Below, piece by piece: positions 39,384 through 50,540 of a DNA stretch of 64,000 nt (its first letter is position 1; each line of letters begins with the position of its first letter). Origin of the DNA: Dehalococcoidia bacterium (GTDB lineage Bacteria; Chloroflexota; Dehalococcoidia; SHYB01); NCBI GenBank assembly GCA_963666265.2, contig CAXXHW010000006.1, forward strand, positions 822,325 through 886,324, written 5' to 3'. The notes under the pieces were generated by a model. The model saw only the letters and a list, made by a program, of their open reading frames with translations, searched no databases and was not told the DNA's origin. Position numbers and translations under genes: made by a program.

Positions 39384-40604
39384 TCAGCCGTGCCGCCCGC
39401 CGATCAGCTCGTTCAGCCGAGAGTTGTCCTCTCCCAAAAGGGGCGGCCGGCGGCGGATCTTCCAGCCTGCCTTGCTGAACCTGTACGGCTCGCCGGCATA
39501 GGTGTAGGAAGTGTTGTGCTCCGGGTGTTGGACCTCCTGGAAGAAGCCCCGATACTTCAGCTGCTCATCCTCAACGAGCTCGTCCGGGGCATTGAAGACC
39601 ATCCAGGTTAAACCCATCTTCTGGCCGATGGGACATATCTCCTCGACGGTCATTCTGGCAGCTACCTCGCCGATGGCCTCCATGATGCCCTCGAGGGGCG
39701 CCATGAATTGAGTCACCGCCTTCTCCTCGGTCAACCGTTTCAGGTCCTCGTCCCACGACGGCCTTGCTACTCCCTCTTCCTTGAGCCACTCCACCAACCT
39801 GCCCCAGTGGGTCGGATTGGTGAAGGTCATCTGGGGGATGAAGTACTTGCCGTCCTTGCAGCGGATAGACGTGTTCGCCGCACTCCCTCGGCTGGGCGCG
39901 ACCTTAGCGTCGAACTGGATCGGGAAGCTGGTGATAGAGCCGCGGTTCACGTAGGAGCAGGCCTCGTGGATCGACGTGTCGACCTGCTGCCCCTCACCCG
40001 ATATGTCCCGCCCCGCCAGCGCCATCAACGTCCCGACGAAGGACCAGTGCCCAGCCGCGAGGTAGGAGAGCTCGGCCTGCGCGGCCAGCGGGGGCGTCGA
40101 CGCGTCCGAATATCCACCCCCGGCGAGGATGCCGCCCATGGCCCAGTAGACGAGGTCAGACCCCTTCCAGTCCTTGAGCGGCCCCGTCTGGCCGAAAGGC
40201 GTCACCGAGGTCATGATCAGGCCGGGGTTTGTGGCGGATAGCTGATCGTAACCCAGGCCCAGGGTCTCCAGATAGCCGGGGCTGAAGTCCTCCAGGATGA
40301 TGTCCGCCTTCTGCGCCAGTCGTTTGAGTTTTCTTCGGTCGGCCTCCGCCGAAAGGTCCAGCGTGAGGCTCTCCTTGTTGGTGTTATAAGCCCAGAAGTA
40401 GAGGCTGCAGTTGGGATCGGGCTTGTCGTCCTTGAACGGCCCCCGATGGCGGGCGCCTGCGCCTTTCGGAGGCTCGATCTTGAGCACTCGCGCGCCCATA
40501 TCCGCGAGGAGCTGGCCGCAGTATTGGGTCCCTTCGTCCCCTAGCTCGAGCACCAAGAGGTCATCCAAACATTGCTCAGGTACGGTTGAGGTGCTTTTGG
40601 TCAT
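39384..40604 (-). CDS. CaiB/BaiF family CoA-transferase subunit
   Basis: CGQLLADMGA.V.KIEP, NTNKES.TLDL, TPFGQTGP, GEGQQVD.S, PLLGED. Confidence 0.9.
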   Translation of the reverse strand: MTKSTSTVPEQCLDDLLVLELGDEGTQYCGQLLADMGARVLKIEPPKGAGARHRGPFKDDKPDPNCSLYFWAYNTNKESLTLDLSAEADRRKLKRLAQKADIILEDFSPGYLETLGLGYDQLSATNPGLIMTSVTPFGQTGPLKDWKGSDLVYWAMGGILAGGGYSDASTPPLAAQAELSYLAAGHWSFVGTLMALAGRDISGEGQQVDTSIHEACSYVNRGSITSFPIQFDAKVAPSRGSAANTSIRCKDGKYFIPQMTFTNPTHWGRLVEWLKEEGVARPSWDEDLKRLTEEKAVTQFMAPLEGIMEAIGEVAARMTVEEICPIGQKMGLTWMVFNAPDELVEDEQLKYRGFFQEVQHPEHNTSYTYAGEPYRFSKAGWKIRRRPPLLGEDNSRLNELIGGRHG

Positions 40605-40605
40605 C

Positions 40606-41823
40606 TTAGACACCTCCCGCCACGCCACTGCGTTCGGGGAACCGGATGACCCCGTCCGCCGCAAGGGCGTCAATGTCGGCGTTGGAAAGGCCAAGCAGGG
40701 TGTGCAGGACATACGCGTTGTCCTGGCCGATGTTAGGGATGCCGCGCTTGGGCTGATGGGGCGTCTTCAATAGCCGGGGAACCGAGATCTTATGCCGTCC
40801 AGGTCCTCGGTCCGGGTTCGGGTAGAGATGGAAGGTCCCCCGATGGGCCAGCTGGACGTCGAACTCCGCCAGATCGAAGGCCGACTCCACAGGCCCGGCG
40901 GGAACGCCGTGATCTTGAAGGACAGCGGCGAGATGGAACCGTTCAAAGGTCCTGGTCCACTCGGCCAGTAATCCCTCCAGCTCCCGGCGGTGCTTGAAGC
41001 GACCCTCGGCCGAGTCATACTTTGGGTCCGCGGCCGACGAGGCGTTGCCCATGGCCTCTTTCAGGCCCTCCCACTCCTCGTCCCTGGTCACCGCGATCAC
41101 GCACCAGGTGTCGTTGCCCCGGCAGGGGAAGGCGTTGTGCGGCGCGGATGGCGGGTACTCGCGGGTGTTTCCCGCCGGGAAGCCCTCCCGGCGGGCGCTC
41201 CGTCCGTTTACGGAGCGGTCCAGGTGGAAGTGCCGCGTGAAGGTCGCCGCCACCTGGGTCTGGGCCATGTCAATGTGCATGCCTTCCCCGGTGCGTCGGC
41301 GGTGGTGCAAGGCCATGAGTATGGCGCTGGCGGCCAGCCACGGCGGGCTTTCGTCGGCGTACGCGACGGGCAAGCCGCAGGGTGGAAGGTCCGGCATCCC
41401 GCCGAGAAAGGCCAGCCCGCTGTGGGCCGCGGAAGAAGCCCCATATGACCCCCAGTCCCTGTGCGGCCCGTCCTGGCCCCAGCCTGACATCGAGAGATAG
41501 ATGATGTTCGGCTTCACGGCACGAACAGTCTCATAGTCAAGCCCCAGGTTGCCGATGGTGCCGGGCCGCATGCTCTCGGTGAAGATGTCCGAGCTCGCCA
41601 CCACGCGCTTCGCTAAGTCCAGCGCCTTCGGGTGCCGCATGTTCAGGGAAAGGCTGAGCTTGTCGCAATTCCAGTGGATCTCGCGGCCCGAATCGAACGC
41701 GGGAGGGTCCGGCCACTCGAGCCGGATCGACTCGGCGCCGAATCCTGCCAGGATACGCGTCGCTGCCGAGCCTGCTACCATCCTGGAAAAATCCGTTATT
41801 CGGATGCCCTTTAATGGTTCCAC
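40606..41823 (-). CDS. CaiB/BaiF family CoA-transferase subunit
   Basis: PLKGIRITDFS, RPG...LGLDY, SGWGQDGP, AYAD, RRRTGEG.HID. Confidence 0.9.
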   Translation of the reverse strand: MEPLKGIRITDFSRMVAGSAATRILAGFGAESIRLEWPDPPAFDSGREIHWNCDKLSLSLNMRHPKALDLAKRVVASSDIFTESMRPGTIGNLGLDYETVRAVKPNIIYLSMSGWGQDGPHRDWGSYGASSAAHSGLAFLGGMPDLPPCGLPVAYADESPPWLAASAILMALHHRRRTGEGMHIDMAQTQVAATFTRHFHLDRSVNGRSARREGFPAGNTREYPPSAPHNAFPCRGNDTWCVIAVTRDEEWEGLKEAMGNASSAADPKYDSAEGRFKHRRELEGLLAEWTRTFERFHLAAVLQDHGVPAGPVESAFDLAEFDVQLAHRGTFHLYPNPDRGPGRHKISVPRLLKTPHQPKRGIPNIGQDNAYVLHTLLGLSNADIDALAADGVIRFPERSGVAGGV

Positions 41824-41977
41824 GCTTTACTCTCCGTTCGGCGTGCGGGTCTGAGTATATGCCATACGCCTGGCTGCCGGATCGCGCCGCCTGGTACGCG
41901 TCCATCAAAGTCGAATTTGGAGAAGAGTATACCAGGGTGGGGGAAGCGAGGTCGTCTCGGTGGAATCAAAAATAAGC

Positions 41978-43168
41978 TCACCACGCCGCATGTAGCAGGC
42001 TGAGGGTATCCTCCTCTGACGCGGGTCTGCGGGGGTTCGTCTTGAAGCTGCGGTCGTTCGTTAGGCCCCTGGGGATTTCCGGCAGCAGCTTCCGTTCGAT
42101 ACCGACATCTCGCATGCGGAAGGGCAAGCCCAGGCTGGTAATCAACTCTTCGACGAGATCCGGGGCGTCCTTGCCTGGAGTAGGTCTCCCCGTGATAGCC
42201 GATGCCACTAGGCTCAGCCGGTCTTCAGCCTGCGGAAGGTTGTAGCGCATGACGTGCGGCAGGGTAATGCAGGAAGTCACGCCATGCGGTACACCAAAAC
42301 GCGTACCGAGGCTGTGGCCGATGGCATGGCTGAGGCCGAAAAAGGTATTGTTGTTGCCCCAGATAGATAGCCACGCCGCCACCTGGCACTGTCCCTTGGC
42401 GACGGTATCGCTCGGGTTTGCGTGAGACGGAGGCAGGTACCGGAAGAGCATGGGGATCGCCGTCAGGGCAGCGCCGTCGGTCGCGGGCTGATGGCGGAGG
42501 GAGCAGATCATCTCGATGGCGTGGTCGAGCGCCTTGATGCCCGTGGAGCACCAGAGCTGGTCCGGTGTCTCGACCGCCAGGGAGGGATCGAGGATGATGG
42601 CCTTGGGAGCCACGCCCTCGTCAATGATGCCGAGCCTGCGGCCGGAGGCCTCGTCGTTGGCGCCAGCGGCGTTGGTGAACTCGCCCGCCGAAAGCGTCGT
42701 CGGGATGAGGATGGTGGGCGTTGGTGCTCCAGTGGGAGGTGCCACGGAGACCCGGGGAGCTTGGGCTCCAGGACGGTGATGCTCGAAATCCTCTTGCGTG
42801 GAGAGCCCTTCGCTGAGCATAAAACCGACTATCTTGGCCGCGTCGGTGGCTGAGCTGCCGCCAAGACCGATGATGATGTCGGCTTTCGCTGCACGCGCCT
42901 CAGCGACTCCATCAATGATGCCCTGCACAGGAGCACGTTCCCTGATGCCGGGGTACACACCGCAATCGCGTGGGCCCAAAACCTCCTGAACGCGGTGTAG
43001 GACACTCGTTTTCGTGGCGACGCTGTTACCGGTGACGATGAAGGCGCGGCTGCGACCCAAGCGGTCTATCTCGTCAGGCAAAGAGGCGAGGGAGTCCGTG
43101 CCGAAAATGATAGCCTCGATGGAATGCGGTCGATATTGGCCGTGAAGTGCTGTTACCATTTTTTCCAT
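41978..43168 (-). CDS. Iron-containing alcohol dehydrogenase / maleylacetate reductase-like
   Basis: LGGSS..DAAK, IPTTLSAGE, ALDHAIE, LSHAIGH, VPHG. Confidence 0.9.
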   Translation of the reverse strand: MEKMVTALHGQYRPHSIEAIIFGTDSLASLPDEIDRLGRSRAFIVTGNSVATKTSVLHRVQEVLGPRDCGVYPGIRERAPVQGIIDGVAEARAAKADIIIGLGGSSATDAAKIVGFMLSEGLSTQEDFEHHRPGAQAPRVSVAPPTGAPTPTILIPTTLSAGEFTNAAGANDEASGRRLGIIDEGVAPKAIILDPSLAVETPDQLWCSTGIKALDHAIEMICSLRHQPATDGAALTAIPMLFRYLPPSHANPSDTVAKGQCQVAAWLSIWGNNNTFFGLSHAIGHSLGTRFGVPHGVTSCITLPHVMRYNLPQAEDRLSLVASAITGRPTPGKDAPDLVEELITSLGLPFRMRDVGIERKLLPEIPRGLTNDRSFKTNPRRPASEEDTLSLLHAAW

Positions 43169-43259
43169 CTCTATCTTGGCCAGAACGAGGTTCAGGGGTC
43201 AGGGACACTGCCTGGTAGCATTCCCGTAACGCCCCAGTCCAAGGCGATTCCTTAAGCCG

Positions 43260-43883
43260 CTACTCCATCTTGAGAGAGGTCACCGGGTTCGGGTCACGGA
43301 ACATGTCGGCGGCCGTGCGCTCCTTCCACGCCGGGGCGCCGTAGTCGAAGGTCGCGAACTCCAGGGGAACGCCGTTGGGGTCGTAGGTGTAAAATGAGTG
43401 GGTAAAGGGTGACCCATGGGGGTCGCTGATCTTCGAGACAGCGATGCCATGGTCCTGGAGACGCCGGTGCACCGCCTCCAGATCTTCGCGAGTGTCCACG
43501 TTCAGGGCGAGATGGTCCATCCCCCTGGGGAAGGCGCCGGTCTTGCCCCCTTCAGGCCAGAGAATATCGAAGAAAGAGGCGTTGGCCGTGGTGTCCACGC
43601 CGGGGAGGGCCGTGAAGCCGATGGTATCCCCGTTGCCCAGCTCGAAGAAGTAGATGCTGCCGGGGGCGATCTCAACCGGGCGCTTGTCGCGGCTTAGGCC
43701 TGTGGCCTGTTGCGCCCCGAAGGTTGTCGCCTTGGCCTTGAGCCCCAGAATGTCCTGGTAGAAGTGGACCGTCTCGGCCATATCTCTGGAGACGAGGACC
43801 AGGTGGTTTACGCCAGTGATCCGGCCCAGGACCTTCACCTTTTCGGACGCCCGTTTCCCTTTCACCGATGTCCTCGTGCTCAC
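43260..43883 (-). CDS. VOC/glyoxalase family protein
   Basis: GVNHLVL, FYQDILG, MDHLAL, FYTYDPNGVPLEF; AGGAGG RBS before GTG 43883. Confidence 0.88.
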   Translation of the reverse strand: MSTRTSVKGKRASEKVKVLGRITGVNHLVLVSRDMAETVHFYQDILGLKAKATTFGAQQATGLSRDKRPVEIAPGSIYFFELGNGDTIGFTALPGVDTTANASFFDILWPEGGKTGAFPRGMDHLALNVDTREDLEAVHRRLQDHGIAVSKISDPHGSPFTHSFYTYDPNGVPLEFATFDYGAPAWKERTAADMFRDPNPVTSLKME

Positions 43884-44073
43884 CCTTGGGCCTCCTGATG
43901 GCAGGTTGCCGCGATGGTAGCATGGGGGTCGCACGGGCACAAGGGACACACCGAGACATTGTCTGCCTCGCCCCCGACAAGGCCGCGTTGCACCGTCGTT
44001 GAAGGGAACACCACCCTGGGGCTATACTGAAGACAGCACTCACGCCGAAGCAGAGGACGGAACGAAGGACACC

Positions 44074-45672
44074 ATGGCGACCCCGGTAACAGAGATCTAT
44101 GACACCACTCTCCGAGACGGGACCCAAGCGGAGGGAATATCCCTGTCCGTCGAGGACAAGGTCAGGATCGCCCAGAGGCTGGACGAGATGGGGGTCCGCT
44201 ACATCGAGGGGGGCTACCCGGGCTCCAACCCCAAGGATGTCGAGTTCTTCGAGAGGGCGAAGCGGCTCGATCTGAAGCAGGCCACTATCGTCGCCTTCTC
44301 CAGTACCCGAAGGGCCGGTGTCGATGTCGACAAGGACCCCGGCATGGCGGCGGTCCTGGACTCGGGGGCCAAGGTGGTCACCTTGGTGGGCAAGAGCTGG
44401 GACCTTCACGTGACCGGGGTATTGGAGACCAGCCTCGAAGAGAACCTGAATATGATCGCCGACTCAATCTCCTATTTGAAATCCAAAGGGCTGGGTGTAT
44501 TCTTCGACGCCGAGCACTTCTTTGACGGTTTCCGGGCCAACCGAGAATACGCCCTCCAGAGCGTTCAGGCGGCGGAGCGGGCCGGCGCCGACTGCATCGT
44601 GTTATGCGACACCAACGGCGGCTCCCTCCCTCACGAGGTCCGGGCTATCGTCGAGGAGGTGAGTAAGGCCGTCGACACACGCCTGGGAGTCCACTGTCAC
44701 AACGACTCCGAGTTGGCCGTCGCCAACAGCCTCGCAGCCGTCTCCGCCGGCGCAGTCCAGGTCCAGGGGACCATAAACGGCATCGGGGAGCGCTGCGGCA
44801 ACGCGAACCTCGTCTCCGTCATCGCCAACCTGAAGCTAAAGATGGGCATCGACTGTGTCGACGATGAGCAGCTCGCCAAGCTGAAGGAAGTATCCACCTT
44901 TGTCAGCGAGACCGCCAACCTGGCTCCGGACCCCTTCCAACCGTACGTGGGAGAGAGCGCCTTTTCTCACAAGGGCGGCCTGCATGCGGCGGCCGTGGCC
45001 AAGGTGGAGCGCAGCTACCAGCATATCCCGCCGGAAAAGGTCGGCAACATCAAACGGGTCGTCGTCTCCGAGCTTTCGGGACGGAGCAACATCGTCTCCA
45101 AGGCAAAGGAGCTGGGAATCGACCTGCCGGTTAACGGCGCTGTTACGAAAAAGGCCCTGGAGCAGGTAAAGGAGCTCGAGAGCAGAGGCTACGTCTACGA
45201 GGGGGCCGAGGCATCGTTCGAGATGCTGGTCCGCCGCCTCATGCCCGACTATCGTTGCCCCTTTGAGCTCGTTGACTTCATGGCGTTGGTGGAAAAAGGG
45301 CGTCGCGTCTCCGCCGTCGGTGACGGGGAGACCCTCTCCGAAGCGACGGTGAAGGTTAGCGTCGACGGCGCCACTATCCACACAGCCGCCGAGGGCAACG
45401 GGCCGGTCAACGCCCTGGACGAGGCGCTGCGAAGGGCCCTGGTGCAGTTCTACCCTGACCTGGCGGTGGTCAAGCTGGTGGACTACAAGGTCCGAATCGT
45501 CGATGAGACCGAAGGGACCGAGGCCATCGTTCGTGTGGTTATCGAATCCACGGATGGGCACCAGCACTGGCGGACCGTAGGCTGCTCAGCCAACATCATT
45601 GAGGCCAGCTGGTGGGCATTAGTGGACAGTCTGGAATACTGGCTGTTGAAGTACAGTCCGCGGACTCCGTAG
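44074..45672 (+). CDS. cimA: Citramalate synthase
   Basis: [65 protein letters not shown]. Confidence 0.93.
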   Translation: MATPVTEIYDTTLRDGTQAEGISLSVEDKVRIAQRLDEMGVRYIEGGYPGSNPKDVEFFERAKRLDLKQATIVAFSSTRRAGVDVDKDPGMAAVLDSGAKVVTLVGKSWDLHVTGVLETSLEENLNMIADSISYLKSKGLGVFFDAEHFFDGFRANREYALQSVQAAERAGADCIVLCDTNGGSLPHEVRAIVEEVSKAVDTRLGVHCHNDSELAVANSLAAVSAGAVQVQGTINGIGERCGNANLVSVIANLKLKMGIDCVDDEQLAKLKEVSTFVSETANLAPDPFQPYVGESAFSHKGGLHAAAVAKVERSYQHIPPEKVGNIKRVVVSELSGRSNIVSKAKELGIDLPVNGAVTKKALEQVKELESRGYVYEGAEASFEMLVRRLMPDYRCPFELVDFMALVEKGRRVSAVGDGETLSEATVKVSVDGATIHTAAEGNGPVNALDEALRRALVQFYPDLAVVKLVDYKVRIVDETEGTEAIVRVVIESTDGHQHWRTVGCSANIIEASWWALVDSLEYWLLKYSPRTP

Positions 45673-45682
45673 GGACGGCGTG

Positions 45683-45711
45683 CCCTAGCCCTCTCCCATC
45701 AAGGGAGAGGG
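45683..45711. repeat. CCCTCTCCC-N5-GGGAGAGGG intergenic palindromic element
   Basis: CCCTAG CCCTCTCCC ATCAA GGGAGAGGG between convergent genes; may act as a terminator. Confidence 0.6.
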
Positions 45712-45775
45712 CATTTTGGGATGACTTCTGGCTTGCTTGGTGTCCTTCGTACCTTGGTGGTAGGATTCTCTACCC

Positions 45776-47021
45776 CTATTCGTACCGGAGCGCCTCGATA
45801 GGATCGAGGGCCGAAGCGCGCACCGCCGGATAGATGCCGAAAAACAGACCGATCCCCACTGACACGGCTAGCGCCAGGATCGCGATGTCCGCCGACAGCA
45901 CCGTCTCGACCTGTTGGCCGCTGAGGGTAATCCCCTCCAGGAGCTGAGAGACGCCCCATCCCGCCAGGACGCCGAGCCCGCCTCCGCCGAAGCTGAGCAA
46001 CGTCGCCTCCGTGAGAAACTGGGCCAGGATGTCCCGGCGCTTCGCCCCGATGGCCTTGCGCAGCCCGATCTCCCTGGTGCGCTCCGTCACCGTCACCAGC
46101 ATGATGTTCATTATCCCGATCCCGCCGACGAGCAGCGAGATGCCGGCGATACTCCCCAGGAAGATGGTCAGGACGTTGGTGACCTCGGTCCGCGCCTCAA
46201 TAATGTCATCCTGGCTGGTCAGGGTGAAGTCATCCTCGCCTATGATCCGGTGCCGGTCCCGCAGGATCTCGGCGACCTGATCTTTTGCCGCGTCAAGCCT
46301 GTCCTCGTCGGCGACCTGCACGCTGATCGTTTGGACCCGCTCGAGTCCCTGGGCGGTCCTTTGAGAGATCAGGCGGGTCTGTACCGTCGTGATTGGGGCG
46401 AGGATCAGGTCGTCCTCGTTGCCGAGGCCGGTGCCCCCCTTGCTTTCCAACAGTCCCACCACTCTGAAAGGGCGCTGGTTGATCTGTATGACCTGGCCGA
46501 TGGGGCTTATCCCCCCGAACAGGGAATCCGCGACATTGCTGCCGATCACGGCGTTCAGCGCCCTGGCGGATATGTCCTGGTCCGATATGAACCGTCCCTC
46601 GATGACGGGAAAGTTCCGCACGTCCTCATACGCGGGCGTGACTCCCAGGATACGCGTGTTGACATTTTCCCGTCCCGCCTGGACCTGGGCGAAGGTTGTG
46701 ATGTCCGGGGCCACGGCGAGGATGTCCGGGGGCCAGGAATGGGTCCTCCAACGCCTCAGCGTCGCTCAGCGTCAGGGTGGCGGCGCTTCCCTGGGCGCCC
46801 CTGACCCCCTGGTCAGTGCTGGCTCCGGCCCGTACGAAGATCAGGTTGGTGCCTATCGACTCGATCTGCTCCGTGATGGCGGCCGAGCTTCCGCGCCCTA
46901 TGGCCATGACGGAGATGACGGCGCCGACACCGATGACGACGCCCAGCAGGGTCAGGACGGCCCGTAACTTGTTGCCGGCCAGTCCCCGGATGGCGATCAA
47001 GAAAACGTCGGTGGGGCTCAT
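45776..47021 (-). CDS. MacB/FtsX-like ABC exporter permease (frameshift near 46730)
   Basis: NKLR..LT.LGVVIGV, ISLLVGGIGIMNIMLV.VTERTREIG, GIYPA..A..LDPIEALRYE; extra G in the run at 46728-46732. Confidence 0.88.
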
Positions 47022-47728
47022 GGCTTGTCCTGGTCTTTCGCTTCGTCGCCGACGATCAGGCCGTCGCGCATGGTTATGATACGGCGGGCTTGGCCGCTTA
47101 CCTCCGTGTCGCGGGTGACAAGGATCACGGTGATTCCTTGTTCTTTGTTCAGCTCGTGGGACAGGGTCATAATCTCGCTGCCAACCTTCGAGTCCAGGTT
47201 GCCCGTTGGCTCATCGGCCAGAATGAGCGAGGGGTTGTTGATGAGGGCCCGGGCGATGGCGACACGCTGCTGCTCTCCCCCTGACAGCTCCGTGGGCTTG
47301 TGGTTCGCCCGTTGGGAAAGCCCTACCCGGTCCAGCGCTTCCAGCGCCCTGGCCCTCCGGTTGGCCCCTCGGCTATAGATCAAAGGCAGGGTGACATTCT
47401 CCAACGCGCTCATCCTCCCCAGGAGGTTGAAGGTCTGGAAGACGAAACCTACCCGGCCCCTCCTGATCTCGGCGAGCTGGTTGTCGTTCAGGTCGCCGAC
47501 CTTTTGACCGTCCAGGGTGTAGGTCCCCGAGCTTGGGTGGTCTAAACAGCCCAGGATATTCATCACGGATGACTTTCCCGAGCCGGATGGACCAACGATG
47601 GCAACCAGCTCCCCCTCTTTGATCTGGAAGGACACTCCCTGAAGGGCGTTGACCTCTACCTGCCCCATGTGATAGACCTTCGTCACTTCCTGGAACTCGA
47701 TGATAGCTTTACCGTTAGTGTTGCTCAA
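47018..47728 (-). CDS. MacB/LolD-like ABC ATP-binding protein
   Basis: GPSGSGKS, GFVFQ, LSGGEQQR, LADEPTGNLD; switch reads VTRD instead of VTHD. Confidence 0.93.
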   Translation of the reverse strand: MSNTNGKAIIEFQEVTKVYHMGQVEVNALQGVSFQIKEGELVAIVGPSGSGKSSVMNILGCLDHPSSGTYTLDGQKVGDLNDNQLAEIRRGRVGFVFQTFNLLGRMSALENVTLPLIYSRGANRRARALEALDRVGLSQRANHKPTELSGGEQQRVAIARALINNPSLILADEPTGNLDSKVGSEIMTLSHELNKEQGITVILVTRDTEVSGQARRIITMRDGLIVGDEAKDQDKP

Positions 47729-47739
47729 CGGTCCCCTCC

Positions 47740-50350
47740 CTATTGGCCTGGCCGGAAGCCGCCGCCACCACCAAATCCGCCGCCACCACCAAATCCGCCA
47801 CCGCCACCGAAGTTGCCGCCGACGCCGGGGATGAAAGCGGCCTGCCCTGTCTGGCCTCTTGAGGGCACGAGCACCCGCTCGCCCTCTGCGAGACCCTCCA
47901 GGACCTGTACTACCGTGCCATCGGAGAGCCCAAGCTGGACCGGGCGTTCCTCCGTTGTGCCGTCCTCCTGCACGACATTCACAACCCTCTCGGCGCCACT
48001 GAGCATGATGGCTCTCACCGGGACGGTTAACACGTCTGCTTGCTCTTGCTGGATGATGGTTAGCAGGGCGGAGAGGCCCTCTCTGAGGAGAAGAGTGGCC
48101 CCCTGATTACCGCCGAACTGGGCTCCGACCTGGCCTGCGCCGCCGAAGCGACCGTCGGTCGGTAAGCCGTCCTGGCCTGCGCCGCCGAATCGACCGCCCG
48201 GAGGTGCGCCGTCCTCACCCTGACCGCCGCCGAAGCGACCGCCCGGAGGTGCGCCGTCCTCACCCTGACCGCCGCCGAAACGACCGCCCGGAGGTGCGCC
48301 ATCCTCACCCTGACCGCCGCCGAAACGACCGCCGGGAGGTGCGCCGTCCTCACCCTGACCGCCGCCGAAACGACCACCGGGAGGTGCGCCATCTCCCAAC
48401 TGCCCGTCTCCACCCAGGCCTCCGGCGCCTCCAGGCAGCAGCGGGCCGGAGACCGTAATGGTGATGGGGTAACTGATAATGCCCTGGGCCCTGTTCGCCA
48501 GCACTCCGACACTTTTAACGGTGCCGACGAACTCAACCCCTGAGACGGACTGTAATGACACCACCACTTGCTGCCCTTCCCGCACGGAAAGGACGTCGAT
48601 CTCGTCTACCGAGGCGGTGATCTCGATGTCGGTGGGGTCTACGAGGACGATAGCCGGGGCGTTGGCCCCGACGGTATCCCCTTCCTCCACGTTCACGTTG
48701 GCGATCACCCCGGAGAAGGGCGCCGTGATCGTAGCTTTTCCCAGGCTCTCCTTGGCATCCGCCAGGGACTGCTCCGCCTCCAGGACCTGGACCGTGCGCT
48801 GGCCCATGAGCACCGGGTCTCCTCCAGCTTGTATCTCCTGAAGGAAGCGCTGTGCGTCGTCCAGGTTGGCCTGGGCAGTGACGACGCGCGCCTCCATGAG
48901 GGCGACCTCTAATGGATCGCCGCCGGCCAGAACATCCGATAGCGCCTGCTCGGCGTCGGCCAGATTGGCCCGCGCGGTCTCCAGTTGAGCCTCCTTGAGG
49001 GCTGACTCCAGAGAGTCGGCGTCGGCCAGATCAGCCTGTGCGGTGGCGATGCGAGCCTCTTTGACGGCAACGTCGGTGGGGTCTGGGCCAGCCTGAAACT
49101 CCGTTAGGGACTGTTCAGCATCGGTCAGATTGCTCTGGGCTGTGGCGACCTGGACCTCCCTGAGGGCGACATTCGTCAGGTCAGGCCCGGCTATCATCGC
49201 CGCGAGTGTCTCCTCGGCGGCGCGCAGGGAGTCTTCGGCCTGGGTCACCGCCTTGCGGGTGGCGGTAAGGGATATGGCCTCCTGGTTAACGGCCGCGTCC
49301 AGCCTGTCCCGTACACCGATCAATGCCTCCCAGGCCGCCTGTGGGTCGCCGACGTTGGCCCCGTTCCTTTCGGGATAAAGAGCAAGGATAGCGGTCGGCT
49401 CCAGGAGGATGTCGCTGTCTGGTATCAGGGCGACGGGCAGGCCATATTTGTCCAGAAGCTCCTGTCTATAGAATAGCTTGCCGCCTTCAAGTGCGGTTGA
49501 TGCGGCAGAGACAAGGTCGGCCTGCGTCCTCTCTGTCACGATCACCTGAGCCTGGTTGTTGGCCAGGGTCTCCTGAGCCCGCAGAACGGCTGCCTCTGAC
49601 GAGGCGATCTCGGTGGCCGTGAAAGAAGCCTGAGCGGTATCCAGGGCGTCTTGGGCGGACAGAAGTTGGGCGCGAGCGCTGGTGACCGCGTCCTCCCGCT
49701 TCACCCGTTCAGATGGGCTGGTGAGGTTGTCCAGGGCCTCTTGGGCGGCCTGGAGCTGCAAGCGGGCATTGGCGACTGGCGTCCTCTCGCTTCGCGCTTT
49801 CAGAGGCGCTGGTAAGGTTGTCCAGGGCATCCTGGGCGGCCTGGAGTTTGAACTCGGCGTCTGCGACCGCCTCGGTCTGCTTTTTCAGGTCCAGGTCACT
49901 GAAGGGCGTCTCGGCGGCAAGCAGGGCCTTTTCAGCAGCCTGAAGCTGGGAGCGGGCGCTGGCGACCGACTCCTCGCGCTTCGCCAGCTCAGCACTGGAG
50001 GTGAGGCTGGCCAGGGCGTCCTGAGCGGCGATGAGGCTGGATTCAGCTCGCGCCAGGGCAAGGACGAGGGCATCCGTGTCCAACGCAGCAAGAACGGCTC
50101 CTTCTCTGACACTATCGCCGACCTCAACGGCCACGCTAGTCACGTCTCCGGCGCTGCCGAAAGTTAAGGAGGCCTGATGCGGGAGGCTCACATTACCGGT
50201 GGCTGTGACCGCAATCTGTATGGTGCCTCGTTCGACATCGACGATCTGCCCTTCCGATTCCGAAGGTTCGCCATCACCGCCGCACGCCGCTACAACCAAC
50301 GCGACGATACCGACCATCAGGCCCATAGAGCCCAAACGCCTAGTCTTCAT
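47740..50350 (-). CDS. Very long lipoprotein membrane-fusion/adaptor protein (MacA/YknX-like; frameshift near 49778)
   Basis: LVVAAC lipobox, ATGNV, V.VGDSV..G lipoyl half, long helical repeats, ITAPFSGVI, VDEID, LTVP; two ORFs join on removing one base. Confidence 0.85.
48181..48393 (-). repeat. 45-bp coding tandem repeat, about 4.7 copies (GAPPGGRFGGGQGED)
   Basis: Units begin at 48181, 48226, 48271, 48316 and 48361 with few substitutions. Confidence 0.95.
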
Positions 50351-50540
50351 GCAGCATACCTCCGCGCATATCCGTTGGGCCCCCCGTTGCCAAACCAGGG
50401 ACCTTCGTATTCAGCTTCCATTCCAGGAGGTATAACGATGGATGCCGAGAAAGGTTCCTATCCCCCTGAAACGCAAACCGGCACCGGGATGATCAAGGGG
50501 CGGATACAGCCGGGAGGTGCAGTCTTTGCCTGCCTTGGTG

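Noticed and set aside
48181-48393. Regular 45-bp repeats as a CRISPR array
   Set aside because: Units are contiguous with no unique spacers, in frame inside a CDS, and no cas genes are present
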